The notes beneath the pieces were generated by a model. The model saw only the letters and a program-made list of their open reading frames with translations. It did no database searches and had not been told where the DNA came from. From NCBI GenBank assembly GCA_035515675.1, contig DATJBA010000122.1, positions 3,225 to 67,224 on the forward strand: a DNA stretch of 64,000 nucleotides, in the 5' to 3' direction. Numbering within the stretch: position 1 is the stretch's first letter; every line of letters begins with the position of its first letter. The stretch is from Mycobacterium sp. Lineage in GTDB: Bacteria; Actinomycetota; Actinomycetes; Mycobacteriales; Mycobacteriaceae. Positions 49,750-59,893 of this stretch are shown in pieces. The position numbers were made by a program, and so were the translations under genes.

Positions 49750-50568
49750 ATGCGTATACCGACCGTATTGCTCTGCCCGGTGGTCGGCCTGGCGACGTTG
49801 CTGACGTCGTGCGTCGGGTCCGCCGGTCACGCGTCGATCTCAGGCGTGTCTTCTCCGCGGACGAGCGAATCGGTGCAGCCGCTCAGCCAACCCCAGCATG
49901 GGGCGGTGGCGGGTCCGGTGGACCCGGACATGCGCGTGGGCGCGATCTTCCTGAACGGTGGCGCGCTGCACGTTTGCACGGGTTCTGTGCTGCATTCGGC
50001 GGCTGGGAATCTGGTCCTGACCGCGGCGCACTGCCTGGCCGGAGCCTCCCAGATAACCTTCGTTCCGGGTTTAGCCGGTGATGCCGCGCCCACCGATCTG
50101 TGGACGGCTGACGCCGTTTACCTCGATCCGCGCTGGACCGCCAGCAAGGATCCGCACGCCGATTACGCGATCGCGCGGGTCAGCAGCCAGGCCGGTGGTT
50201 CCGTGGAGTCGCACGTCGGCTTGGCGCTGACACTGGGCACGGCACCCGCTCCCGGCAGCCGCGTGATAGTGATGGGGTATCCGTCCGGCGTGGGTGGTTC
50301 GCCGATCGGCTGTCAGACCAGCACCGGGGTCACCGAGACGGGTTATCCCTCATTGGCATGCGAAGGGCTGGTCGGCGGCACCAGCGGCGCGCCGTGGATC
50401 AGCGGCACTGCGGTCACCGGGGTGATCGGTGGTTTCGAAGGCGGTGGGTGCGCCCAGAACGTGTCGTATTCGGCGCCGTTCGACGAACACATCGCGCAAT
50501 TATTGGCCCGCGCCGAAGCCGGCGGCTCCGGCGATACGGTGCCGAACGATGTCGACGACTCCTGCTAG
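49750..50568 (+). CDS. trypsin-like serine protease, probable lipoprotein
   Basis: Signal peptide with a lipobox-like LLTSC. The catalytic contexts are TAAHC (His), DYAI (Asp) and GGTSGAPW (Ser). Confidence 0.8.
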   Translation: MRIPTVLLCPVVGLATLLTSCVGSAGHASISGVSSPRTSESVQPLSQPQHGAVAGPVDPDMRVGAIFLNGGALHVCTGSVLHSAAGNLVLTAAHCLAGASQITFVPGLAGDAAPTDLWTADAVYLDPRWTASKDPHADYAIARVSSQAGGSVESHVGLALTLGTAPAPGSRVIVMGYPSGVGGSPIGCQTSTGVTETGYPSLACEGLVGGTSGAPWISGTAVTGVIGGFEGGGCAQNVSYSAPFDEHIAQLLARAEAGGSGDTVPNDVDDSC

Positions 50569-50581
50569 CACGGCGGCCCGA

Positions 50582-51997
50582 TCAGTGGCGGAACTGGTGC
50601 AGCGCCCGCACCTTGTTCATCACGTCGAGCGCGGCCACCTTGTAGGCCTCGGAGAACGTCGGGTAGTTGAACACCGCGTCCACCAGGTACTCCACGGTGC
50701 CGCCGCATCCCATCACGGCCTGCCCGATGTGCACCATCTCGGTGGCGCTGGTGCCGAAAATGTGTACGCCGAGTAGCTTGAGATCCTCGGTGGACACCAG
50801 CAGCTTGAGCATGCCGTAGGAGTCGCCGGCGATCTGGCCGCGGGCCAGCTCGCGGTACCGGGCCACGCCCACCTCGTAGGGGATCGAGTCCTTCGTCAGT
50901 TCCACCTCGGTGGCGCCGACGTAGGAGACTTCGGGGATCGAGTAGATGCCAATCGGCTGCAGTTCGGTGATGCCTTCCGTCGGTTCGCCGAATGCGTGGT
51001 AGGCGGCCAGTCGCCCTTGTTCCATCGAGGTCGCGGCCAGCGCGGGGAAGCCGATGACATCGCCGACGGCGTAGATGTGGCTCACCTTGGTCTGGAACTT
51101 CTCGTCGACGAAGATCCGCCCGCGACTCTCGACATCCAGGCCGGCATTTTCCAGGTCCAGATGGTCGGTCTGCCCTTGGCGCCCCGCGGAGTACATCACC
51201 GTCTCGGCGGGAATCTGCTTCGCGCTGGCCAAAGTGGTGACAGTGCCCGCCGAACCGACGTCGACCGCGGTCACTTCCTCGCCGAACCGGAACGTCACCG
51301 CCAGGTCGCGCAGGTGGAATTTCAGCGCCTCGACGACCTCGGGGTCGCAGAAGTCCAGCATGTCTTCCCGCTTCTCCACGACGGTCACCTTGGTGCCCAA
51401 CGCGGCAAACATCGAGGCGTACTCGATGCCGATCACACCGGCACCGACCACCACCATCGACGACGGGAGCGACTTGAGATCGAGGAGCCCGTCGGAGTCG
51501 AGTACCCGTTCTTCGTCGAACTCCACCCCGGACGGCCGTGCCGGCCTGGTACCGGTGGCGATGACGATGTAATCACCGGTGACGGTGGACTTTTCGCGGC
51601 GGGCATGGTCTTCGACGAGGATCGTATGCGGGTCGACGAACCGTCCGTGCCCCACCAACAGGTCCACTCGGTTGCGCATCAGCTGGTTGCGCACCACATC
51701 GACTTCCTTGCCGATCACGTGTTGGGTCCGTGCCAGCAGGTCGGCCGGAGTGATCCTGTCTTTGACGCGGTAGCTCGCCCCGTACAGCTCGCGCTGATTC
51801 ATTCCGGTGAGGTAAAGCACGGCCTCGCGCAGCGTCTTTGACGGGATCGTGCCGGTGTTGACGCAAACGCCGCCGAGCATTCGGCCGCGTTCGATGATCG
51901 CGACAGACTTGCCTAGCTTGGCCGAGGCGATGGCGGCCTTCTGTCCGCCAGGCCCCGAACCGATAACCACCATGTCGTACTCACGCGTCGACCCCAT
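50582..51997 (-). CDS. sthA: soluble pyridine nucleotide transhydrogenase
   Basis: [18 protein letters not shown]...[13 protein letters not shown]... is nearly identical to the SthA sequence I recall. Confidence 0.95.
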   Translation of the reverse strand: MGSTREYDMVVIGSGPGGQKAAIASAKLGKSVAIIERGRMLGGVCVNTGTIPSKTLREAVLYLTGMNQRELYGASYRVKDRITPADLLARTQHVIGKEVDVVRNQLMRNRVDLLVGHGRFVDPHTILVEDHARREKSTVTGDYIVIATGTRPARPSGVEFDEERVLDSDGLLDLKSLPSSMVVVGAGVIGIEYASMFAALGTKVTVVEKREDMLDFCDPEVVEALKFHLRDLAVTFRFGEEVTAVDVGSAGTVTTLASAKQIPAETVMYSAGRQGQTDHLDLENAGLDVESRGRIFVDEKFQTKVSHIYAVGDVIGFPALAATSMEQGRLAAYHAFGEPTEGITELQPIGIYSIPEVSYVGATEVELTKDSIPYEVGVARYRELARGQIAGDSYGMLKLLVSTEDLKLLGVHIFGTSATEMVHIGQAVMGCGGTVEYLVDAVFNYPTFSEAYKVAALDVMNKVRALHQFRH

Positions 51998-52110
51998 GAA
52001 GTAGACAGTAGAACAGCAGAACGCACAGTGCCGACTTCATCCACAGCAGGGCGACTCCACCAGCGCACATGAGCACCGGCTGACGGTGCTGGCCGTCAGC
52101 GTTGATGCTC

Positions 52111-53169
52111 ATGACGACGCATCGACCTGACTTTGAACTGAACCGCCCCGGAGCACTAATCGCCGCGCTACCGGCCGTTCTCGGCTTCGTTCCGGAAAAT
52201 TCATTGGTACTGGTGTCATTGGATAGTGGCGAACTGGGGTCGGTGATGCGGGTCGACCTCTCCGAAGAGCTCGTCAACCGGGTTGGGCACCTCGTCGAGG
52301 TTGCCGCTGCGGCTGAGCCCGAGGCCGCGATCGCAGTGATCGTCGACGCGGACGGCGCGCACTGCCCACGGTGCAACGAGGAATACCGGCAGCTGTGCGC
52401 AACGCTCACAGAGGCGTTGTTGCAGCACGATATTGAGCTGTGGGCCGCGCATGTGGTGGATCGGGTGGCCCTTGGCGGGCGCTGGCATTGTGTGGACGGC
52501 TGCGGTTCGAGCGGCGTGGTCGACGATCCTTCGGCGTCGCCGCTGGCCGCCGCGGCGGTGCTGGACGGCAGGCGCCTGTACCCGCGGCGAGCCGACCTGC
52601 AGGCTGTCATCGCGGTCGACGACCCGGCCCGCAGCGCCGAGTTGGCTGATGCGGTCAGGCAACAGGTGGCCACGCGGGAGGCGGCACATCGCGCGGATCC
52701 CGCGGGCTGCGGCCGCCGCGACGTGGAAAACGCGATGGCCGCCGCCGCCCGTGTCGCCGGCGGGCAATCGCTGTCCGACGCCGAGCTGGCGGAGCTGGGC
52801 TGCGCGCTGAGCGACGTGCGGGTGCGCGACATACTGTATGCCCTTGCCGTCGGCGAAAATGCCGGCGAAGCCGAGTCATTGTGGGCGCTGCTGGCGCGCA
52901 CCCTGCCCCAGCCCTGGCGGGTCGAGGCGCTGGTGTTGCTCGCGTTCAGCGCTTACGCCCGCGGCGACGGGCCGCTTGCCGGGGTGTCGCTGGAGGCCGC
53001 GCTGCGTTGCGAGCCCGACCATCGGATGGCGGGCATGCTGGACACGGCATTGCAGTCCGGTCTACGGCCTGAGCACATCCGGGAACTGGCGGTCACCGGC
53101 TACCGACTGGCGAAGCGGCTCGGTGTGCGGCTACCGCCGCGACGGACGTTCGGCCGCCGGGCGGGGTAG
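52111..53169 (+). CDS. DUF4192 protein (Rv2712c-like; family name from memory)
   Basis: MTTHRPDFELNRPGALIAALPAVLGFVPENSLVLV is the typical N-terminus. Confidence 0.75.
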   Translation: MTTHRPDFELNRPGALIAALPAVLGFVPENSLVLVSLDSGELGSVMRVDLSEELVNRVGHLVEVAAAAEPEAAIAVIVDADGAHCPRCNEEYRQLCATLTEALLQHDIELWAAHVVDRVALGGRWHCVDGCGSSGVVDDPSASPLAAAAVLDGRRLYPRRADLQAVIAVDDPARSAELADAVRQQVATREAAHRADPAGCGRRDVENAMAAAARVAGGQSLSDAELAELGCALSDVRVRDILYALAVGENAGEAESLWALLARTLPQPWRVEALVLLAFSAYARGDGPLAGVSLEAALRCEPDHRMAGMLDTALQSGLRPEHIRELAVTGYRLAKRLGVRLPPRRTFGRRAG

Positions 53170-53192
53170 GCGGCGAATAGGTGTGGGCGGGG

Positions 53193-53888
53193 TCAGACTT
53201 TCTCGACCTTGACCGCGTGCGCCATCTCGTGCGGCAGGGTGACGTTCTCGTGGCCCGGTATGAGGATCGTCACCCCACCACCGGCCGGGCTGGTCTCCAC
53301 ACTCACTCGTGCGTTGGGAACGACGCCGGCGTCCTTCAGTCGCGTGATCAGATCGATGTCGCCCTGAACATGTTCGGCGAGCTGCCGGACGACCACCGCC
53401 ACCGGTGATCCGGCAGGCAACTCGGTCAACCGGACGAGATTGGCATCGTCGGCGCCGGACTCGGGGCCCACGCCCAGGTCCAGAAGGCCCGGAATGGGGT
53501 TGCCGAAAGGGGAAGTGGTCGGGTTGTTGAGCACCTTCACCAGCCGCCGTTCGACGTCCTCGCTCATTACGTGCTCCCACCGGCACGCCTCGGCGTGCAC
53601 TTCTTCCCAAGGCAACCCGATGACGTCGACAAGCAATCGTTCGGCGAGGCGGTGCTTGCGCATCACGGCGATGGCCAGTGCTCGGCCCTTGTCGGTGAGC
53701 TCTAGGTGGCGGTCGCCGGCGACGTGAAGTAATCCGTCCCGTTCCATGCGGGATACGGTCTGGCTGACAGTTGGCCCGCTCTGGTCGAGGCGCTCGGCGA
53801 TCCGGGCGCGCAACGGCGTCACGCCCTCTTCCTCGAGGTCGTAGATGGTCCGCAGGTACATCTCGGTGGTATCAACCAGCTCGTTCAT
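53193..53888 (-). CDS. ideR: iron-dependent repressor IdeR
   Basis: MNELVDTTEMYLRTIYDLEEEGVTPLRARIAERLDQSGPTVSQTVSRMERDGLL plus the SH3-like C-domain. Confidence 0.97.
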   Translation of the reverse strand: MNELVDTTEMYLRTIYDLEEEGVTPLRARIAERLDQSGPTVSQTVSRMERDGLLHVAGDRHLELTDKGRALAIAVMRKHRLAERLLVDVIGLPWEEVHAEACRWEHVMSEDVERRLVKVLNNPTTSPFGNPIPGLLDLGVGPESGADDANLVRLTELPAGSPVAVVVRQLAEHVQGDIDLITRLKDAGVVPNARVSVETSPAGGGVTILIPGHENVTLPHEMAHAVKVEKV

Positions 53889-53958
53889 CCAGCACCCTCC
53901 GTTGACGCTGAGTCTACTTGGCCAGCTGCACGAATGGGTGTAACGCTTCCCGGGTAAG

Positions 53959-53992
53959 CAGTATGCCCGCCGCTGACGCGGCGGGCATACTG
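53959..53992 (-). terminator. perfect 15-bp stem / 4-nt loop hairpin downstream of sigB
   Basis: CAGTATGCCCGCCGC tgac GCGGCGGGCATACTG. There is no U-tract, as is common for mycobacterial terminators. It lies about 50 nt after the sigB stop. Confidence 0.6.
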
Positions 53993-54044
53993 TCTGCTAT
54001 CTGGTTCCGGTCAGCGGCATTAGCTGGAAGCCTGTGCTCGCATC

Positions 54045-55004
54045 TCAACTCGCATACGACCGCAACCGATCGGCGCGCTCGCCGTTGCGCAGCTTGGACA
54101 TTACGTCCCGCTCGATCTGACGCACCCGCTCGCGGGATAGGCCGAACAGCTTGCCGATCTGATCCAGGGTGCGTGGCTGGCCGTCGTCCAGACCGAAACG
54201 TAACCGGATCACCTGGTGCTCACGCTCGTCGAGAGTGGCCAGGACGCTGCGGATGTCGGTGTGCAGCAGCTCGGCGATCACCGCGTTCTCGGCGGACATC
54301 GCTTCGGCGTCCTCGATGAAATCGCCCAACGGGGCTTCTTCCTCGGAGCCGACGGGCATGTCCAGGCTCACCGGGTCGCGGCTGTGCTCGAGCAGGTCGT
54401 TGATCTTGTCGATCGGAATGCCAGATTCGGCGGCGAGTTCCTCGTCGGTGGCTTCGCGTCCCAGGTTTTGGTGCATCTCCCGCTTGATTCGCGCCAGCTT
54501 GTTGACCTGCTCAACCAGGTGAACCGGCAACCGGATGGTGCGGCTCTGGTCGGCCATGCCGCGGGTGATGGCCTGACGGATCCACCAGGTCGCATAGGTC
54601 GAGAACTTGAATCCCTTTGTGTAGTCGAACTTTTCCATCGCGCGGATTAGGCCCAGGTTGCCCTCCTGGATCAGGTCCAGCAATGGCATTCCCCGACCCG
54701 TGTAGCGCTTGGCTAGCGACACCACCAGGCGCAGGTTCGCTTCCAGCAGGTGACGGCGCGCTACCTCGCCATCGCGCACGACGGCCTCTAAGTCGCGTTT
54801 GCGGTTCTCGCCGAGGCGCTTACGAGTCTCGAGCAGATGCTCCGCATAGAGCCCGGCTTCGATGCGCTTGGCCAGTTCAACTTCGCCTGCTGCGTTGAGC
54901 AACGCCGTCTTACCGATGCCGTTCAGATACACGCGCACCAAGTCGGCTGCGGGGCTTTGAGCATCCAGATCGCTGTCAATCCTGCTTGTGGTGGCATTCG
55001 CCAT
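54045..55004 (-). CDS. sigB: RNA polymerase sigma factor SigB
   Basis: Group 2 sigma-70 ([59 protein letters not shown]). ATG 55004 has a GGGAGGGAGG SD. Confidence 0.95.
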   Translation of the reverse strand: MANATTSRIDSDLDAQSPAADLVRVYLNGIGKTALLNAAGEVELAKRIEAGLYAEHLLETRKRLGENRKRDLEAVVRDGEVARRHLLEANLRLVVSLAKRYTGRGMPLLDLIQEGNLGLIRAMEKFDYTKGFKFSTYATWWIRQAITRGMADQSRTIRLPVHLVEQVNKLARIKREMHQNLGREATDEELAAESGIPIDKINDLLEHSRDPVSLDMPVGSEEEAPLGDFIEDAEAMSAENAVIAELLHTDIRSVLATLDEREHQVIRLRFGLDDGQPRTLDQIGKLFGLSRERVRQIERDVMSKLRNGERADRLRSYAS

Positions 55005-55044
55005 TAGCGACCTCCCTCCCAATCGGCTTGCACTGTCATGGGGT

Positions 55045-55073
55045 TTAACGACAGATCCGGCCCGAGAGTTCCC
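55045..55073 (-). promoter_or_regulatory. SigE/SigH-type ECF promoter candidate upstream of sigB
   Basis: The minus strand reads GGGAAC, then 18 nt, then GTT (within CGTTAA). It lies about 40-70 nt upstream of the sigB ATG. Confidence 0.45.
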
Positions 55074-55157
55074 GCCCGGCTGTTATCTCACACGCCTTGA
55101 CGTGCGCAAATGTGCCGACGACCTGAGAATGTCCTGAGAAGTGTGACGAATGGCCGC

Positions 55158-55586
55158 TTAGTCGGAACCGTCGTCGTACTCCGGACTCGGTGGGCCCGGT
55201 TGCGGCTCCGGGTGTCGCCGAGGCTCGAGCGCTGGCCGCTCGGCTGTCGGGAACAGCGGAGTGCGCCGCCGGGCCTCGTCGAACCGCCGAGGCTCGTCGG
55301 AGCGCCGTGGTGGTCGGTCGTTGGCGATCAGCACCGCCATCCAAGGCAACGGCACCGACACCGCCACGATCAGCAGTGAGATCAGGCCGTTGTGCCAGGC
55401 GCCGTATGCGACTGCGGCCAGGATAAGCGCCGGAACCCGGAACGCCATCAGTGTCAGGTACTTACGCACCCGCGCGCGACGCTGCTCCTCGTAGGAGGGT
55501 GCGGCGGCGGTAATGAGCACCGGCCGGCCCTTGTGGTCGAAGTCATCGAACCTGTCGTCGAACCCCGGATCGGAGCCGCGCTTCAT
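55158..55586 (-). CDS. DUF3099 membrane protein (Rv2709-like)
   Basis: MKRGSDPGFDDRFDDFDHKGRPVLIT...RKYLTLMAFRVPALILAAVAY...LPWMAVLIANDRPPRR. Confidence 0.7.
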   Translation of the reverse strand: MKRGSDPGFDDRFDDFDHKGRPVLITAAAPSYEEQRRARVRKYLTLMAFRVPALILAAVAYGAWHNGLISLLIVAVSVPLPWMAVLIANDRPPRRSDEPRRFDEARRRTPLFPTAERPALEPRRHPEPQPGPPSPEYDDGSD

Positions 55587-55650
55587 GTCTCCACTGTCCC
55601 ACACGCGGTCGATTCCGGCTCGAGTGAGTTAGAGGGCACAATGTTGAGGT

Positions 55651-55890
55651 ATGCAGACCCAGACGATCGAGCGCACCGATACCGACGAACGCGTCGATGA
55701 CGGGACCGGCGGCGACACCCCTAAATACTTCCATTACGTCAAGAAGGACAAGATCGCCGAAAGCGCGGTCATAGGCAACCACGTGGTCGCGTTGTGCGGT
55801 GAAGTATTTCCCGTCACGCGGGCAGCCAAGCCGGGCTCGCCGGTATGTCCGGACTGCAAGCAGATCTACGACAGGCTCAAGAAGGACTGA
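55651..55890 (+). CDS. DUF3039 protein (Rv2708c-like)
   Basis: TPKYFHYVKKDKIAESAVIGNHVVALCGEVFPVTR...PVCPDCKQIY. Confidence 0.75.
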   Translation: MQTQTIERTDTDERVDDGTGGDTPKYFHYVKKDKIAESAVIGNHVVALCGEVFPVTRAAKPGSPVCPDCKQIYDRLKKD

Positions 55891-56874
55891 TCAGGTCGCC
55901 GGCTCTGCCGTCGCAATGTCGCGTTCTTGCGTTGCGCACTCCGATGGCGAATCCACCGTCCGTTTCAGGGCAGGTACGCGCGACATCACCCAGGTGCGCA
56001 GCCGGTGGGCGTGTGTCCTCGGTGCGGGGAATTCCTCCTGGATGGCGGCGTTGAGTTCGGCGCCCAGCATGATCGCAAAACCGCCGAAGAACGCGAACAA
56101 CAAAAACGCTATCGGCGTGGACAGCGCGCCGTAGGTGTAACCGGTAGTCGTGATCCACCTCAAGTATATCCGCAGGCCCAGCGTGGCGATCACGAACACC
56201 GCTGTTGCGAGCGTCGCACCGAGGATCAGCCGGTGCGACGGCAGCGGCTCCGGCAGTGCCACCCGGTACAAAATCATGACCCCGACCATCAGTCCGAGAA
56301 TCAGCGCCGGGTAGTAGCCGTAGCGCAGCACGTTGGCCAAACTGACCGGGATGTGTTGTCCCACCTTGCGCGGGCCCAACACCACCAGCGGCGCGGTCGC
56401 TACCACGACCACCAGCATCACCACGTACAGAAACAGCGCGAAGAATCGCTGCCGCACCGGATGGCGTAACTGCGTCTGGTCGTGCGCTTCGACCACAGAA
56501 TCAACGAATGCCGAGATCGCCGACGACCCCGCCCACAGCGAGATCAAGAAACCCAACGACACCACCTCACCGCGCGCGCCTTTGCCGATGTCACGGATGG
56601 TCGGCTCGATGATCTCATTGACCACACTGGGAGAGAAGACGCTGTGGGCGGTCGAAATCGCCTGACGTTCGATGCTGGGCAATATGTCCGGGCCGAATAG
56701 CGGCGCCACGTAGGCCAAGCTGCCCAGCATCCCCAGCAACAGCGGCGGTAGGGAAAGCGCCGACCAAAAGCCCGCCTGCGCTGACTCAGAGAAAATAGAG
56801 TCGTCCCAGCTCTTTTTCACAGTCCTAAGACTGATTCGCCAGATATGGTGGCGGGACGGCTTTGCATCGCTCAT
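55891..56874 (-). CDS. YihY/BrkB-family membrane protein (Rv2707-like)
   Basis: Six TM segments and the typical N-terminus (RTVKKSWDDSIFSESAQAGFWSALSLPP). Confidence 0.85.
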   Translation of the reverse strand: MSDAKPSRHHIWRISLRTVKKSWDDSIFSESAQAGFWSALSLPPLLLGMLGSLAYVAPLFGPDILPSIERQAISTAHSVFSPSVVNEIIEPTIRDIGKGARGEVVSLGFLISLWAGSSAISAFVDSVVEAHDQTQLRHPVRQRFFALFLYVVMLVVVVATAPLVVLGPRKVGQHIPVSLANVLRYGYYPALILGLMVGVMILYRVALPEPLPSHRLILGATLATAVFVIATLGLRIYLRWITTTGYTYGALSTPIAFLLFAFFGGFAIMLGAELNAAIQEEFPAPRTHAHRLRTWVMSRVPALKRTVDSPSECATQERDIATAEPAT

Positions 56875-56940
56875 ACCTGTCCAGCATTACCGATGACTGC
56901 TCGCACACCCCACATTGCCGCCGGGTGAGTTGGCCTGCCC

Positions 56941-57126
56941 CTAGCTTCCGCTGACCACCAGCACGGCGGCCAGCTCGGTTAGTTTCGCCTCATGCTCGTT
57001 GGCGTGATGCTGGCAGAAGAGAAGCTCAGCTCCGGAAGGCAGCTTGGCACGGACACGGGCTCCAGCGCCGCAGCGGTCGCAGCGGTCCGCTCTCGTCAGC
57101 TCGGGACTGGTCAGAGTTGCGTTCAT
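56941..57126 (-). CDS. small Cys/His-rich protein (zinc-ribbon-like)
   Basis: MNATLTSPELTRADRCDRCGAGARV...LLFCQHHANEHE. A GGAG SD is present. The longer ORF from 57153 is the alternative. Confidence 0.55.
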   Translation of the reverse strand: MNATLTSPELTRADRCDRCGAGARVRAKLPSGAELLFCQHHANEHEAKLTELAAVLVVSGS

Positions 57127-57255
57127 GGCTGCTCCGTTCTTGCGTATATTCACTGTCTCAGACGTATGGGGTTTTCGCGTTGTTCCCCGATCGTTTCGGG
57201 TGTGTCGTTTCTCACGGCTTACTCACGCCTGTCCGGCGGCCTCTTTAAAGGTGGG

Positions 57256-57648
57256 GTGACTGTGACCTTCGCTCCTCACGTACTGGTGCACTTGTGTGCG
57301 GTCGACGAGTGGTCTCGTGCACGCAACCGCGGCGCGATTCACCCCGAAGCGTCCGGTAACGCCCGGTTCGTCCACCTATCGACGCCGCAGCAGGTACATT
57401 TGCCTGCCAACCGGCTCTACCGCGGTCGCGATGACCTGGTTCTGTTGCACATCGACCCGGCGCGGCTGAACTCACCCGTGCGTTGGGAGCCCGGGGTGGC
57501 AACCGATCCGAAGTCGATGCTGTTCCCGCATCTGTACGGTCCGCTGCCGGCGCGTGCTGTGATCAAAGTCACTGCTTACTTGCCGGCGCCTGATGGCACC
57601 TTCCCGCCGGTCGCAGGATCTCAGGAACCATCTCAGGAATGTACCTAG
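57256..57648 (+). CDS. DUF952 protein (Rv2705c-like)
   Basis: FVHLSTPQQV...LLHIDPARL...VRWEP......FPHLYGPLP is the DUF952 pattern. Confidence 0.75.
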   Translation: MTVTFAPHVLVHLCAVDEWSRARNRGAIHPEASGNARFVHLSTPQQVHLPANRLYRGRDDLVLLHIDPARLNSPVRWEPGVATDPKSMLFPHLYGPLPARAVIKVTAYLPAPDGTFPPVAGSQEPSQECT

Positions 57649-58010
57649 GCATCGGCTTCGATCTCCACCAGGAGGTCGGGTGCGATGAGCGCCGAAACTT
57701 CGATCATGGTGGCTGCGGGACGTATTTCGCCGAAGACCTGTGGGTGCACTGCGCCAACCTCACGCCGGCGTGAAATGTCGGTCACGAAGATTCGGGTACG
57801 AACGACGTCGGTGAGCCCCGTGCCAGCCCATTGAAGAGCAAGCCTCCCATGGCCACAGTCGGTGCCGACGATGCGACCTGCTGCCTCTAGGCCGGTGAAC
57901 GCGACAACGTTGAAGTGGCCTGCAAACAGTGTTACCGTGCGCGGTCAAAGCGTCGCTATATCGTTTTGGCGCTGCGGCGTGATTCTGATCAGTTCGAGCG
58001 ACAGGGTCGA
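57645..58010 (-). pseudogene. RidA/YjgF-like gene remnant with an in-frame TGA and no usable start (Rv2704-like position)
   Basis: My hand translation gives ...ATL*PRTVTLFAGHFNVVAFTG...LTDVVRTRIFVTDISRRREVGAVHPQVFGEIRPAATMIEVSALIAPDLLVEIEADA. The in-frame TGA is at 57945-57947. There is no ATG/GTG/TTG upstream in frame. The 5' limit is approximate. Confidence 0.55.
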
Positions 58011-58027
58011 ACAACTAGGTTCCGCCG

Positions 58028-59233
58028 ATGAAATTTGTGCTCGCAACCTATGGAAGTCGCGGCGATGTCGAGCCTTTCGCCGCCGTCGGTCGCGAGCTGC
58101 GGCGCCGAGGTCACGACGTGCTCGCGGCGGTTCCGCCGAACCTGCGTTGCTTCGTGGAGTCGGTGGGGATTGCTGCGGTTACCTTCGGGCCGGAGTCGCC
58201 GTCGACGCACGATGGGGATTCCGTCCAGAGCAGGACGACGGAGATCGTCCAGAATCCGTTCAGCACGGTGACCGAAATCATGTGGCATCTCACCCAGGCC
58301 TGGGCGCAGTGGGACGCGACGTTGAGGGTGCTGGCAGATGGGGCAGATCTGGTTTTGACGGGCAGGTTCGAGCAAGGGCTGGCCGCCAACGTCGCGGAGT
58401 ACTACGGCATTCCGCTGGCTGCGCTGCACTTCTTCCCCGGGGGCGATTGGCACCCGGGTGGCTGGTTAGGGCGCATGGCGAAGCAGGCCGCAGAGACTCA
58501 ACGCCGTGAGCTGGGCTTGCCGGAGGCCGCTGGGCCCTCGAGCGGCGACATGGCCGTATCAATGGTCATCCAGGCCTACGACGAGCTCTGCTTTCCCGGA
58601 TTGGCAGCTGAATGGGGCGAACAGGCTCGGCGACGGCCTTTCGTCGGCGCACTGACGCTGGAATTGCCGACGGATGCCGACGATGAGGTCCTGTCGTGGA
58701 TTGACCAGGGGACGCCGCCGATCTTCTTCGGCTTCGGCAGCGCCGTGCGGGTCCGATCTGCTGCCGACACGGCCGCGACAATCAGCGCGGTCTGCGCGCA
58801 ATTGGGCGAGCGGGCGTTGATTTACAGCGGCTCGAATGACTTCACCCAGATTCCGCATTTCGACAACGTAAAGGTTGTGGGTGCGGTGAACCACGTGCCC
58901 GTCTTTCCGGCCTGCCGCGCCGTCGTGCACCATGGCGGCGCCGGCACCACAGCCGCAGGCTTGCGGGCGGGAATCCCTACGTTGGTCCTTTGGCACGAGG
59001 TCGACGATCAGCCGATCTGGGGAGCTGCCGTGACACGGCTCAAAGTTGGCTTGGACCGTGAGTTTTCGACCACCACCCCGCAATCGCTGATTGCGGATCT
59101 GCGCTCTGTCCTCACTCCCGAATACGCCAGTCGAGCCCGTGAGGTCGCGGCTCGGATGACCAAACCCGCCGAAAGCGTTGCCAGCACCGCCGATCTACTC
59201 GAAGAAGCTGCGCGCACGCGGGGCTGTGGTTAA
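58028..59233 (+). CDS. GT1-family glycosyltransferase (MGT / Rv1524-Rv1526c-like)
   Basis: MKFVLATYGSRGDVEPFAAVGRELRRRGHDV starts the N-terminal half. Also present are PPIFFGFGS and VVHHGGAGTTAAGLRAGIPTLVLWHEVDDQ. Confidence 0.8.
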   Translation: MKFVLATYGSRGDVEPFAAVGRELRRRGHDVLAAVPPNLRCFVESVGIAAVTFGPESPSTHDGDSVQSRTTEIVQNPFSTVTEIMWHLTQAWAQWDATLRVLADGADLVLTGRFEQGLAANVAEYYGIPLAALHFFPGGDWHPGGWLGRMAKQAAETQRRELGLPEAAGPSSGDMAVSMVIQAYDELCFPGLAAEWGEQARRRPFVGALTLELPTDADDEVLSWIDQGTPPIFFGFGSAVRVRSAADTAATISAVCAQLGERALIYSGSNDFTQIPHFDNVKVVGAVNHVPVFPACRAVVHHGGAGTTAAGLRAGIPTLVLWHEVDDQPIWGAAVTRLKVGLDREFSTTTPQSLIADLRSVLTPEYASRAREVAARMTKPAESVASTADLLEEAARTRGCG

Positions 59234-59300
59234 TTGCCTTGTGCCACAAACACGTCCACCAGTACGAACGGCACCAGGTCGTCTAGCGGAGGGAGCGTCG

Positions 59301-59714
59301 ATGACCACGCGCGGTATCTCGGAGGACGCGCTGCTCGCGCAAGAGGCCTGCTTCGCGCGGGCATTCGCAGCAGGCGATCCGGCACTCGCGCGGGACCTGT
59401 ATCAACCCGATGTGGTGTACGTGAGCCCGACGGTGCGCCTCTTCGACTGGCCGGCCCGGATCGACGGCATCGAGCGCACGCTCGAATTCATCGCGCTCAC
59501 CATCCGCGGCTGCCCGGCCATCCGCTACGAGGCGGTGGAGCACGCCATCACGCCCGGCGCGGACGCGGCGTTCGTGCGCGTGCAGTTCGACTGGACCCGC
59601 GGTGCGGAACGCCTGCGCTCGACGTACGTGGTGATCTACCGCTATCGCGACGGCCGGATCGCCCGCCAGGAGCTGTACTACGACCCGAGTGGGGCGTTGG
59701 AACGACTCGGTTGA
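59301..59714 (+). CDS. SnoaL/NTF2-like fold protein
   Basis: About 137 aa with an alpha+beta cone pattern (AFAAGDPALARDLYQPDVVYVSP...YVVIYRYRDGRIARQELYYDP). A GGAGGGA SD precedes ATG 59301. Confidence 0.65.
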   Translation: MTTRGISEDALLAQEACFARAFAAGDPALARDLYQPDVVYVSPTVRLFDWPARIDGIERTLEFIALTIRGCPAIRYEAVEHAITPGADAAFVRVQFDWTRGAERLRSTYVVIYRYRDGRIARQELYYDPSGALERLG

Positions 59715-59893
59715 TGATCCTCAGCCGTATCGGGTCATTTTCCGCGTCAACCACACTGTCACCGACCACGAACTCCAAGTGCCATCTCGTCCTGACGCGA
59801 GTGGTGAACGTTTGGTTGAAACGCCGAATGCGGGGGTGCAACGGCGATAGTGTGTTCCGCGGGGGGGCTCGGTGATCCTCGGGGAGGACGGCG

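Noticed and set aside
53918-54319. 133-aa plus ORF between ideR and sigB
   Set aside because: It overlaps the sigB 3' end in antisense and the terminator hairpin. It has an Arg/Ala-rich composition and no coding signal.
57945-57947. In-frame TGA of the RidA-like gene as selenocysteine or programmed read-through
   Set aside because: I saw no hairpin resembling a SECIS element immediately downstream. The position is not a conserved Cys in RidA proteins. The gene also lacks a start codon and has a degenerate middle segment. Decay is the simpler explanation.
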